Source: Candidatus Roizmanbacteria bacterium GW2011_GWA2_35_19 (GTDB taxonomy: Bacteria > Patescibacteriota > Microgenomatia > UBA1406 > GWC2-37-13). From it: a stretch of 64,000 nt of DNA. The notes under the pieces were generated by a model. That model saw only the letters and a list, made by a program, of their open reading frames with translations, made no database searches and was not told the origin of the DNA. Both the position numbers and the translations under genes were made by a program. Positions 27,503-37,222 of the stretch are shown one piece after another (the stretch's first letter is position 1; every line of letters begins with the position of its first letter). The stretch covers positions 6,182-70,181 of the forward strand of contig LBQC01000002.1 in assembly GCA_000990565.1 (NCBI GenBank), written 5' to 3'.

Positions 27503-28543
27503 ATGATTTCAATCTATTTATTGGCTGTCTTTGCATCTTTGATATTAAACTTTACTTTAATTGTCCCCTTTATTGATTTTTTATATAAATTAAAATTTCA
27601 AAGGGCTCACCAGAAGACGAAGGACGCTTTCAATAAGCCGACGCCAATTTTTGATAAGTTTAATAAACATAAAAAGGGGACCCCGGTCGGAGGTGGGATA
27701 CTTATATTAATCACAACAATAATTGTCTTTATTCTATTTATTTTGATGTATTGGATACTGCAAAAAAAGATTTTAACCAATTACCCCTCAATTGCATCAG
27801 AAATAAAAATTTTAATTTTTACTTTTGTTTCGTTCGGACTCCTAGGTTTATTTGATGACTTAAAGAAGATTTTTGTTTGGAGGAAAGATCAGTTTATAGG
27901 TTTACGGATGCGGCATAAAGCAATAATAGAAGTAATTTTGTCGTTAATAATATCTTATTGGCTTTATTCAGAACTTAAAATACAGATAATCCATGTTCCA
28001 TTCTTCGGAGTTTTTGACATGGGGATACTCTATATGATTTTTTCTTCTTTTGTAATTGTAGCTTTCGCCAATGCGGTCAATATTTCTGACGGATTGGATG
28101 GTCTGGCTTCAGGGATCTTGACATTTTCATTAATAGGATTTTGGGTAATTTCACGCTCGATTCTTGACGTCCCTACCTCTCTTTTCATTGCCGCCTGGCT
28201 TGGAGGGCTTCTGGCATTTTTGTATTTTAATATTTACCCGGCGAGAATTTTTTTGGGAGACACGGGATCGCTTTCATTCGGCGCTACATTTGCGGTCGTT
28301 GGCTTAGTTCTTGGCAAGACTTTTGCCCTTCCCATTATGGGTGGAGTTTTTATTATTGAAATAGCCTCATCGTTAATTCAGCTTTTAGGCAAAAAATTCT
28401 TGAAAAAGAAAATTTTCCCGGTTGCACCATTTCATCTATATCTTCAAAATAAAGGCTGGGAAGAGCCTAAAGTAGTCATGCGTCTCTGGCTCTTTTCCAT
28501 CATCTTCGTCATGTTCGGCCTCATGATCGCGTTTATGAAATGA
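27503..28543 (+). CDS. mraY: Phospho-MurNAc-pentapeptide transferase
   Basis: KKGTPVGGG, DD, NAVNISDGLDGLA, FLGDTGS and APFH motifs. Confidence 0.96.
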   Translation: MISIYLLAVFASLILNFTLIVPFIDFLYKLKFQRAHQKTKDAFNKPTPIFDKFNKHKKGTPVGGGILILITTIIVFILFILMYWILQKKILTNYPSIASEIKILIFTFVSFGLLGLFDDLKKIFVWRKDQFIGLRMRHKAIIEVILSLIISYWLYSELKIQIIHVPFFGVFDMGILYMIFSSFVIVAFANAVNISDGLDGLASGILTFSLIGFWVISRSILDVPTSLFIAAWLGGLLAFLYFNIYPARIFLGDTGSLSFGATFAVVGLVLGKTFALPIMGGVFIIEIASSLIQLLGKKFLKKKIFPVAPFHLYLQNKGWEEPKVVMRLWLFSIIFVMFGLMIAFMK

Positions 28544-28564
28544 TATTTTTGATTTTTAAGCCTT

Positions 28565-28801
28565 CTATTTTCGATAAGTAATAATTATTTTTGTCTTTGG
28601 AGGTGATTTTTGACCATTTGAAGCAGGTCTCGAAGGATTATGTTTTGAAGTTCGGCTAAGGTTTTCTGAGATAAAAAATAGGTAAGGAATATCAGTGAGT
28701 AAGGCGAAGTCAAGTGGGCATATAAATAATTTTGGTTCATCGACCCTTCCACCGCAGGGTAATCTAAAAACTTCCCAATCAACAGGCTCAACTTCTACCA
28801 T
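28565..28801 (-). CDS. Small hypothetical protein
   Basis: 78-aa ORF whose ATG lies about 12 nt after a TGATAAAAT box; no recognisable motif. Confidence 0.35.
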   Translation of the reverse strand: MVEVEPVDWEVFRLPCGGRVDEPKLFICPLDFALLTDIPYLFFISENLSRTSKHNPSRPASNGQKSPPKTKIIITYRK

Positions 28802-28910
28802 AATGAAAGACTATTTTATCATAACTATAGGCTTTATTCAACTTAATAAAACAAGTGTAAGAGTTCAGGGTCTTTGACAAAACTATTATAGTATGTCAAT
28901 CAATATTTAG

Positions 28911-28996
28911 TGTCATCCCCGCGGAGGCGGGGATCCAGTCGAACAATACCTTATAAAGTATATTTAGTCTGGATTCCCTCCTTCGAGGGAATGACA
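28911..28996. repeat. GTCATCCCCGCG..GCGGGGATCC / GGATTCCC..GGGAATGAC doublet palindrome
   Basis: Two inverted hairpin units of the ATTCCC-N8-GGGAAT (dRS3/RPE-like) type. Confidence 0.85.
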
Positions 28997-29090
28997 ATCT
29001 GTGTCAAGACTTGTGAACTCTTATAAACAAGCAAGGTCAAGCAAAGAGAACTAATTATGTTAATACGGTTAAATCTTATATAATCAAGAT

Positions 29091-30533
29091 ATGAATGAAA
29101 AATTAATAGATGAATTAAGGCAAAAGTATGAAGGTAAGAAAGTTCTTGTGGTAGGCCTTGGGTTGCAGATGGGGGGAGTTGGGTTGGCAAAATTCTTCAA
29201 TGAGCTCGGAGCCAAAGTGACAGTGACCGACAAAAAAACTAAAGAACAGTTAAGGACTTCAATAGAACTGTTAAAAGACTATCCGATTGAACTACATTTA
29301 GGTGGTCATAATATTGACGACTTCACAAATACTGATTATATTTTTAAGGGGCCGTCGGTATTGTGGGATGCTCCAGAAATTTCCTCGGCTTTGAAAAAAG
29401 GAATTCCGGTCGAGATGGAGATGTCATATGTTGCCAAGTATTATCCCGGTAAAATAATCGGGATTACCGGTACCCGGGGAAAATCAACGACAACTAATTT
29501 AATATTTAATCTTCTTAAGTTGTCCGGTTTTCCGGTCGTCCTAGGTGGCGGTCTACCCGGAATCTCGACGATTGAATATCTTAAGACTGCCACTCCTAAA
29601 GATTATTTAGTCGCAGAATTATCATCATGGGCCCTTTCAGGATTTCACCGCGAAAAAGTAAGTCCCCATATTGCCGTTCTAACAAATATTTATCCTGACC
29701 ATCTAAATTACTATAAAAATATCGAAGAATACATTTACGACAAACAGGCAATATTTACGTATCAAAAAAAGGGTGACTATTTTTTGCTAAATGATAATTT
29801 ATCAAACCAAATAGAAAAAGTTCGACCCCTTTTTTTCGACCGCCTCACCCCAAGGGGGCCCCAGGCGATTGTCTCAAAAAAAGTATCTTCACTTTTTCAA
29901 AATAAAAAAATTGCTTTTACCTCGTCACAAGAATATTTTTCAAAAAAAGATTTTCCTTATAACCTAAAGTATTTAAGAGGGGATCATAATTTAGAAAATG
30001 CGGCAGCGGCACTTCAGGTTGCAAAAATTCTTGGCATCGATGAAAAAAAAGCGATAAACATTATTTCCAATTTTAAAGGGTTGCCTTTTAGGCAGGAGAT
30101 AATCGGGGAGAAAAATAATATTATCTTTGTCAATGACACGACTTCAACGACGCCGATTGCAACAGAGAAAGCAATAGAGGCATTTTCCGACCGCGATATT
30201 TATCTTGTTCTCGGAGGGAATTCAAAAAATCTCCCTTATGAAAAATTATTGAGCAAATTGAGCAAGGTAAAGAAGATTATTTTATTAGCCGGTTCTTTCA
30301 CCGATCAAATCTTGGCCACCCTGAGAGAGTCTAGCCTTGACAAATTAAGTAAGGAGATCTTTAATGATTTAGAAAAGGCGGTAGAAGAAGCTTATAGTCA
30401 AGCGTCAAGTCACAAAGAAAAAGCTTATATATTATTTTCACCAGGCGCCACTTCATTCGCGATGTTTAATAATGAATTCCATAGGGGGAGAGAGTTTAAC
30501 AGAATTGTTAAAAAATTAATCAAATTAACCTAA
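29091..30533 (+). CDS. murD: UDP-MurNAc-L-Ala:D-Glu ligase
   Basis: VVGLG, GITGTRGKSTTT, ELSSW, NIYPDHL and SPGATSF..F...RG motifs. Confidence 0.94.
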   Translation: MNEKLIDELRQKYEGKKVLVVGLGLQMGGVGLAKFFNELGAKVTVTDKKTKEQLRTSIELLKDYPIELHLGGHNIDDFTNTDYIFKGPSVLWDAPEISSALKKGIPVEMEMSYVAKYYPGKIIGITGTRGKSTTTNLIFNLLKLSGFPVVLGGGLPGISTIEYLKTATPKDYLVAELSSWALSGFHREKVSPHIAVLTNIYPDHLNYYKNIEEYIYDKQAIFTYQKKGDYFLLNDNLSNQIEKVRPLFFDRLTPRGPQAIVSKKVSSLFQNKKIAFTSSQEYFSKKDFPYNLKYLRGDHNLENAAAALQVAKILGIDEKKAINIISNFKGLPFRQEIIGEKNNIIFVNDTTSTTPIATEKAIEAFSDRDIYLVLGGNSKNLPYEKLLSKLSKVKKIILLAGSFTDQILATLRESSLDKLSKEIFNDLEKAVEEAYSQASSHKEKAYILFSPGATSFAMFNNEFHRGREFNRIVKKLIKLT

Positions 30534-30668
30534 TTTCTAATTATTCTAAATAAGTTTCAAGATCCAATTCACAAGAAACAAATAAATCGCAATTCATTTG
30601 GATGTTGGTACTTGTAATTTGAGATTTCTTTAGGTTAATTAGATTAATTAGAAATTAGAATTTTTTTA

Positions 30669-31760
30669 ATGTTTAAAAAGCTTTTCATCCGTAACAAGTT
30701 CTTCGTACCTCTCCTTACCATACCATTAATTTTAAGCATTTTAGGTTTATTATTTATCTTCGAAGCTTCATCAATCAGAGCTGCAAATGAATTTGGGGAT
30801 AGTCTACACTATTTGAAAGTTCAGTCTGTGTGGCTGGGACTTGCTCTTGGTCTTGCTTTCTTTTTTTCGATATTTGATTACAAAAATCTTTATCCCTTAT
30901 CTTTTATCAGCATGACGATAACAATATTATTACTATGTGTTGTTTTGATTCCGGGGATTGGGTTTACGTCAGGCGGCGCCAGGCGTTGGATTGATTTCGG
31001 ACTATTTAATGTACAGCCTACTGAAATAGCAAAATTTTCAATTATTATTTACCTCGCATCATGGTTTGTGAATAAAGAAAGACGAAAGTTCACTTCGTTT
31101 ATTTTCTTAGTTAGCATGTTGGTTTTTCTGATAATTTTGCAGCCAGACATGGGTACGGCGATGATCGTTTTCTTATTAAGTATGGTCATGTATTACGCTT
31201 CGGGAATGAGCCTCTTAAACTTGCTGGCACTATTTCCAATTGCCTTAGGAGGATTTTATTTATTAATTAAAGTTTCACCATATAGATTGAATCGATTATT
31301 AGCCTATCTTAACCCGGCGACCGATCCGCAGGGAATAGGCTATCATATAAATCAGATTTTAATTTCGCTTTCAAACGGCGGGATATTTGGGGCCGGGTTT
31401 GGAGCGTCCCGTCAAAAGTATTTATTTTTACCGGAGGCACACACAGATTCAATATTTGCAATAATTTCAGAAGAATATGGATTTATTGGTGGAATTGCAT
31501 TGCTATCACTCTATTTTATCTTTGTATATAAAATATATCATTTAATTAGGTTGGCCCCGGATAAATTATCTCGATTTATTGCCTGTGGGATATTTGCTTT
31601 TTTCAATTTGCAGATAATCATAAATTTGGCGGGGATGACAGGTCTTTTTCCCTTGACAGGTGTCCCCCTACCTTTTCTTTCCTACGGCGGAAGCAATCTA
31701 CTTATATCTTTTGCCCTGATTGGGATACTTCTTAACATTGAGAAAAGAGTCAAAGTTTGA
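30669..31760 (+). CDS. ftsW: Peptidoglycan glycosyltransferase FtsW
   Basis: GARRW, QPTEIAK, QPDMG, LPEAHTDSIF and LPFLSYGGS motifs. Confidence 0.95.
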   Translation: MFKKLFIRNKFFVPLLTIPLILSILGLLFIFEASSIRAANEFGDSLHYLKVQSVWLGLALGLAFFFSIFDYKNLYPLSFISMTITILLLCVVLIPGIGFTSGGARRWIDFGLFNVQPTEIAKFSIIIYLASWFVNKERRKFTSFIFLVSMLVFLIILQPDMGTAMIVFLLSMVMYYASGMSLLNLLALFPIALGGFYLLIKVSPYRLNRLLAYLNPATDPQGIGYHINQILISLSNGGIFGAGFGASRQKYLFLPEAHTDSIFAIISEEYGFIGGIALLSLYFIFVYKIYHLIRLAPDKLSRFIACGIFAFFNLQIIINLAGMTGLFPLTGVPLPFLSYGGSNLLISFALIGILLNIEKRVKV

Positions 31761-31815
31761 AAACCAATTGACTTTCTATAAATATAAGATTATATTTTTT
31801 CTGTTGAAATTTAAG

Positions 31816-32016
31816 ATCTTGTTTTTTGTCATTCTGTTACCAAAAAGCAGGAGAAGACAGGCCCAAAATATTTTTTGGGAATGGGAACACGGTGTGAATC
31901 CGTGACTGTGCCGCAGCGGTATTTTGAAGAGCTTGCACTGAGCGAGCAAAGCGAATCGAAAAGTCCGAAGACCGACAAGATTCTGAAAATGCTCGAGCAG
32001 AGTAGCACCAAAATGC
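31816..32016 (+). ncRNA. Cobalamin riboswitch
   Basis: GGGAACACGGTGTGAATCCGTGACTGTGCCGCAGCGGTA...AAGTCCGAAGACC closely matches the btuB-type core (GGGAA..GTG..AATC...CTG...GCAGCGGTA...AAGCCCGAAGACC). P1 is ATCTTGT/ACAAGAT and P2 is CCAAAA/TTTTGG. Confidence 0.82.
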
Positions 32017-33131
32017 TGTCTTATACTAATCGTGAGGGATATAATTTAAGAAAATATTCTGTCAATCCAGGGGCAGAATCTGATTATATAAAATCTATCG
32101 GGAGAGAAAAAAGAATTGAGTTTTTTCAAAGAAACTTAAACTCGTATGTCAATCATGTTCTTGAAGACAATGTTGTTTCCTTACCATATTTTTACAGATT
32201 GAGCGCAGATAATGATATAACGGTTTATCCATCAGGAGCCAAAGTGCATCTTGATCAAAGAGAAAGAGGCGGTGGATATATTTTAGGGTTAACAACTGCT
32301 TTAAGACAGTCGGTTGAAACGCCTAATACTGTTATTTCGCTTTATAGTCCACCTGGCCCTACAAGCTTTGACCACGACCCAGATAATCCATATACTGAGG
32401 TTGGGAGTTACCATGATGGCCAGCTTTATCTTATGTATTTTGATGGAAAAAAAATACATAATGTTGCAGTAAGTATATCTGAAAGAGGGGAAAATTTTGT
32501 CAGACGAATATTGGGTGATATTTACCTTGAAGCACAAAATAAACCGACGGAAAAAGAAAAAATTTTTCATCTAATCACTAGCCCAAAATCCACCAAATTA
32601 ACAATAGATCAGTTTTTTGATTTTTATCAAAGATTTAATCTTGACGAGGTAATATATAAGAATAACAAAGGTCACGAATTTACTTTGTGGGAAACATTAG
32701 CTTCATTAAGATCTTCTTTTTCGGGACAACTTGAAACGGGAATTAAAGCAAATATTAATCATCAAAAACTAGCAAATGGTGAATATTCAGGAAAAGAAAT
32801 TTTGTTGGCGTATAAAAGCTTAATCATCAACTACATGTCTAAGAAAGGGTTAAAAAGTTTAAAGTTAGGCGGAAGCTGTGGATCAGATCAAAAATTTTCT
32901 TTTGAGGAAATGATAAATAATTATGAAAATCACCTAAATAATCTTTCCTCGCTGGATCGTTTTTTAAAAGGAAACCTGTCTAAAGAGGTATTAATGAACG
33001 CAGACGATGAAGAAAAGCATGATGATTACAGTTGTCCTAATTGTGGTCATACTTTTAGAGGAGAAAAAAAAGGAAGTGATTCAAATACCTGGGTAAAAAG
33101 TTGTCAGTGTGGTCACAAATTTAATTGTTAA
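32013..33131 (+). CDS. Hypothetical protein with C-terminal zinc ribbon
   Basis: Long ORF with GGSCG, CPNCGH and CQCGHKFNC. The start was moved from TTG 31875 to an in-frame ATG (31989 or 32013) after the riboswitch. Confidence 0.75.
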   Translation: MLSYTNREGYNLRKYSVNPGAESDYIKSIGREKRIEFFQRNLNSYVNHVLEDNVVSLPYFYRLSADNDITVYPSGAKVHLDQRERGGGYILGLTTALRQSVETPNTVISLYSPPGPTSFDHDPDNPYTEVGSYHDGQLYLMYFDGKKIHNVAVSISERGENFVRRILGDIYLEAQNKPTEKEKIFHLITSPKSTKLTIDQFFDFYQRFNLDEVIYKNNKGHEFTLWETLASLRSSFSGQLETGIKANINHQKLANGEYSGKEILLAYKSLIINYMSKKGLKSLKLGGSCGSDQKFSFEEMINNYENHLNNLSSLDRFLKGNLSKEVLMNADDEEKHDDYSCPNCGHTFRGEKKGSDSNTWVKSCQCGHKFNC

Positions 33132-33150
33132 AAATAGTTTATAATGAATT

Positions 33151-34136
33151 ATGAAGATTTTGATTACAGGAGGCCATTTGGCTCCGGCACTTGCAATCAT
33201 TGAGGAACTAAAGAACATTAATCCTAATGTAGAAATAATATTTGTTGGGCGAAAATATGCTCTTGATTCAGAAAAAACAATATCCCTTGAGTACAAAGAA
33301 ATAGAGAAACTTAAAATGAGAGGCCAGACAAAGTAATATCTTTTGGAAGTTATCTGGCCTTGCCAATTGTAATATGGTCTGCCATCTTTAAAATACCGAT
33401 CTTTACTCATGAGCAGACAATAAAACCAGGTTTAGCAAACAGATTAATTAGTAAATTTGCAATAAAAATCTTTGTAGCATTTGATGAGGCAACCCGGTAT
33501 TTTAACTTGAAAAAGACTATTATTTGTGGAAATCCTGTTCGAGCCGCAGTTTTTAAAACGATAAAAAAACCTTTTGTTATAAAAAAAGACAGACCTGTCA
33601 TTTACATAACTGGAGGAAGTCTTGGTTCTCACAGCATAAATGAACATATAAAAAAAATAATTAGCCAATTACTCAATGACTACATTATTGTTCATCAGGT
33701 TGGAGATACCAAAGAATATCAAGACTTTGAAAAACTTGAAGACTTAAAGAAATTAATGCCAGGGACTCTTAAAAATAGATACTATCTTAGAAAACACTTT
33801 TTTGAAGATGAAATTGGATATATTTATTCGATTTCTGATTTGGTCGTGGGAAGATCAGGCGCCAATACTTTTTTTGAACTTTTATATCTCGCTACACCAG
33901 CACTTTTTATACCACTCCCATGGTCTTCAGGACGCGAGCAACAAAAGCACGCCGAAATTTTTGCTAAAAAAGGGATCGGAGAAATCTTTCACCAGATTGA
34001 ACCAAGCGATAAATTGCTTCGACTGATAAACTTAATGATAAAAAATAAAATTAAATATAAGGAAAATTTTAAAAAGTTAAGTACTTTATATAAAAAAAAT
34101 GCCGCAAAAATTATGGTATCCCAAATTCTTGGTTAA
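33151..34136 (+). pseudogene. murG: MurG glycosyltransferase, split by an internal deletion and frameshift near 33316 (probably an assembly error)
   Basis: The N-terminal ILITGGHLAPALA is in one frame. RPDKVISFGSY, HEQT, GNPVR, GGSLGS, GRSGA and EQQKHA are in another; the intervening region is missing. Confidence 0.85.
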
Positions 34137-34716
34137 CTTGAAGAAATTATTCTTTAGTATTTTATCTTTTGTTTTTGTATTTAGCATCTTATATTTTTGT
34201 GACTTGATATTTACAATTAATAAAATCAATATAAAATCTCTCGGAGCTCCAATGAAATTAAATATTTCTGGTCTTGAAGAATTAAACAACAAGAATATTC
34301 TATTAATTAACATAAAAAAAACAGAAGAATTACTTATAAAAATAAATCCACAAATTAAAAAGTTAACAGTCAAAAAAAATTATCCTTCTCACCAATTACC
34401 TAAAATAAATTACTATCAAAAGCTAAATTATTTCTCCTTTTTACCGGGAGACTTTATTAAGTATGAAGATATTAAATCAGGCCTATTTTTCTTGCGATTT
34501 TTGAAAGATTCCGGTCTTCAAGTTAATGATCTTGATATTGCCGACTTCGATATGCTACTATTTAACGTAGGTGATAAAAAAATAATTTTTACCACTTTAA
34601 AGAATAAGGAAAAACAGATTATCGAGGCGGAAAGTATATTGCATCAGTTTAAAATTGAAGGCAAATACTGGCAGTCAATTGATATGAGGTTTGATAAACC
34701 AATAGTAAAATTCTAA
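34099..34716 (+). CDS. ftsQ: FtsQ/DivIB-like protein, apparently shortened internally
   Basis: TM helix, POTRA-like segment ending KKNYPS, and C-terminal IDMRFDKP; lies between murG and ftsA. Confidence 0.8.
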   Translation: MPQKLWYPKFLVNLKKLFFSILSFVFVFSILYFCDLIFTINKINIKSLGAPMKLNISGLEELNNKNILLINIKKTEELLIKINPQIKKLTVKKNYPSHQLPKINYYQKLNYFSFLPGDFIKYEDIKSGLFFLRFLKDSGLQVNDLDIADFDMLLFNVGDKKIIFTTLKNKEKQIIEAESILHQFKIEGKYWQSIDMRFDKPIVKF

Positions 34717-34828
34717 ATACTAAATTCGAATAACCAAATAATATCTAAATTCAAAATTCTAAACAAAAAGAGTTTAGAGTTTAGAAATTATAATTTGTTT
34801 GGATTTCAGAATTTAGTGTTTAGGGTTT
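34708..34828. repeat. 7-nt-periodic palindromic element, copy 3
   Basis: Begins aaattctaaatactaaattc like 20186 and 23364; supplies the ftsQ stop codon. Confidence 0.8.
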
Positions 34829-34835
34829 ATTTATT

Positions 34836-35980
34836 ATGTCAGATAATTTGATTTGTGGGATTGATATTGGAAGCAGTAAGGTAGCAACTGTCGTCGGGAT
34901 AAAGGCCGAGGAAGTAAATGAACTTAAAATAATCGGCTTTAATACGACGGAGTCTCGTGGAGTGAGAAAAGGACTAATTGTCGATATACAAGACGTCACT
35001 TCATCTGTCGAAGAAAGCGTTGAAAAAGCTGAGAGAATGGCCGGATTGAAGCAGCACGAGCGATATCTTTATCAACAACGAGACAGATTATTGATGTCTC
35101 ATCGCGTGATTTTATGGTCGACGGACAAGGTGGAATAAAAAATGCAAGTGGAATGAGCGGAGTCCGCCTTGAGGTTGATACTCATATTATTACCGCCTCA
35201 CAAACTAACCTAAAAAACATTGATAAGGTATTTGACGATTTGGGTCTAGAAAATCGTGGGTTTGTATTTTCCGGTAAAGCTTCTTCAGAAGCGGTTCTTA
35301 CTCATACCGAAAAAGAGCTTGGAGTAGTACTTGTTGATATTGGAGGAGGAAAAATAGACATCGCATTATATGTTGATGGTTCTTTGTCATATTCTTCATC
35401 AATCGCAGTTGGTGCCAGACACATAACTAATGACATAGCGGTTGGACTTCGAATATCACTGGACTCAGCCGAAAAAATAAAACTTCATCTCAGTAAAAGT
35501 TTATTGAGCAGGGAGGCAATGAAAAAGAAAACTCCGCAACTTGATTTCAGAGAGCTCAATCTTCCGGAAGATGTAAATGAGGTGTCATTAAAAACTCTGG
35601 TTGACGGAATAATTGCTCCTCGACTTGAAGAAATTTTTAAATTAATTTTTGAAGAAATTGAAAAAAGTGGATTCGGTCAGCTAGTGCCATCAGGACTTGT
35701 GATAACTGGCGGTGGAGCGCTTACTGTTGGAATGCTTGAAACAGGTAAGAAAGTAGTCGGTCTTCCAATTAGACTTGGGTATCCTGAGGGAGTATCGGGC
35801 TTGATTGATGAAATAATTGATCCACAGTTTGCAACTACCGTCGGTTTGCTTTTATATGGCAAAAGAAATATAATGACTGAAAAAACAGGATTTAAGAATT
35901 TTAATAGAATCTGGAAAGATTTTTCACTCGGTGGACAGATGGGAAGTTTAAAGAATTTTTTTAAACAATTTATACCATAA
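34836..35980 (+). pseudogene. ftsA: Cell division protein FtsA, split by an internal deletion and frameshift near 35045 (probably an assembly error)
   Basis: GIDIGSSKV...KAERMAG jumps to IEAARAIS...GMSGVRLEVD, VDIGGG and VITGGG in another frame. Confidence 0.88.
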
Positions 35981-36087
35981 ATATCTCAAAAATCAAATCT
36001 CAAATCTCAAAATTACATTTCAAATCTAAAAGATTTTAGATTTTTAGATGTAGATTTGACATTTAACATTTGAAATTTGAGATTAAA
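35981..36087. repeat. 7-nt-periodic palindromic element between ftsA and ftsZ
   Basis: Units of tctcaaa/atcaaat are mirrored by atttga/tttgaga units. Confidence 0.75.
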
Positions 36088-36089
36088 TT

Positions 36090-37220
36090 ATGTTAATCAA
36101 ACCAAGAGCGGGGCAAGCTGCTCGAATTAAAGTCGTTGGAGTCGGTGGAGGAGGTGGAAACGCTTTATCCTCGATGATCGCTGAGGGAGGAATAGCTGGG
36201 GTAGAATTTATTGCAGTAAACACTGACGCTCAAGCCCTATTGAGTAATAAAGCTTCAATAAAAATTCAAATTGGGGAAAATCTTACCCGGGGCCTTGGAT
36301 CAGGAGGCGACCCTGAAGTTGGAAGGCAGGCGGCTGAGGAATCTCGCGAGCGACTTAAAGAAGATTTATCAGGTGCGGACATGGTATTTATTACCGCAGG
36401 AGAAGGCGGAGGCACAGGTACAGGGGCATCACCATTGATCGCAGAGATTGCAAAGGAAACTGGTGCACTTACGGTTGGCGTCGTTACAAAGCCATTTGAT
36501 TTTGAAGGATCAAAAAGAAAATTTGCCGCTGATGAAGGGACAATTAAACTTAAAGAAAAAGTTGACACTCTCATTATTGTTCCTAATCAAAAGGTTCTTT
36601 CTATAATTGACAAGAAAACTCCAATTCTTGAGGCATTTAAAAAAATTGACGGAGTACTTCATCAGGGTGTTAAAGGGATTGCTGAATTGATTACAACTCC
36701 TGGATTAATTAATGTAGACTTTGCTGATGTTCGGGCAATTATGCAGAATGCTGGTACGGCCCTTATGGGAATGGGAGTTGGGTCGGGAGACAAGCGGGCG
36801 ATTGCCGCAATTAAACAAGCTATATCATCGCAGCTTTTGGACGTCTCAATTGAAGGCGCCAAAGGAGTCCTGTTTAACATTGTTGGAGGCCCTGATTTAT
36901 CAATGACGGAAATTGATGAGGCGGCTTCAATAATCGCAAAAAGTGCCGATCCTGACGCTGATATTATTTTTGGAGCTGTAATTGATGACAGGATGATGGA
37001 TCAGATAAAAGTCACAATTATAGCCACAAAATTTGATGATACAAAAATGAGATTTTTTAGTTTTAAAAAAGAGCCTGAAGAGTCATCTTTTAATAAATCG
37101 AACGATAAACAAAAGCCGACCCTATCTTCGCTTCAGGAGAATGAAGAAAATATTGAAGATGAAGATCTCGTTGATGATTCCCTTGAATTTGACATCCCCG
37201 CTTTCTTAAGAAAAAAATAA
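36090..37220 (+). CDS. ftsZ: Cell division protein FtsZ
   Basis: [24 protein letters not shown] and C-terminal DIPAFLRK motifs. Confidence 0.99.
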   Translation: MLIKPRAGQAARIKVVGVGGGGGNALSSMIAEGGIAGVEFIAVNTDAQALLSNKASIKIQIGENLTRGLGSGGDPEVGRQAAEESRERLKEDLSGADMVFITAGEGGGTGTGASPLIAEIAKETGALTVGVVTKPFDFEGSKRKFAADEGTIKLKEKVDTLIIVPNQKVLSIIDKKTPILEAFKKIDGVLHQGVKGIAELITTPGLINVDFADVRAIMQNAGTALMGMGVGSGDKRAIAAIKQAISSQLLDVSIEGAKGVLFNIVGGPDLSMTEIDEAASIIAKSADPDADIIFGAVIDDRMMDQIKVTIIATKFDDTKMRFFSFKKEPEESSFNKSNDKQKPTLSSLQENEENIEDEDLVDDSLEFDIPAFLRKK

Positions 37221-37222
37221 CC

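Noticed and set aside
31875-31988. TTG start and N-terminal extension of the 418-aa ORF
   Set aside because: This stretch is the riboswitch aptamer; the in-frame ATGs at 31989 and 32013 are better starts.
33300-35114. Programmed frameshifting in murG and ftsA
   Set aside because: Conserved protein segments are missing at the junctions, so these are deletions rather than slippery sites.
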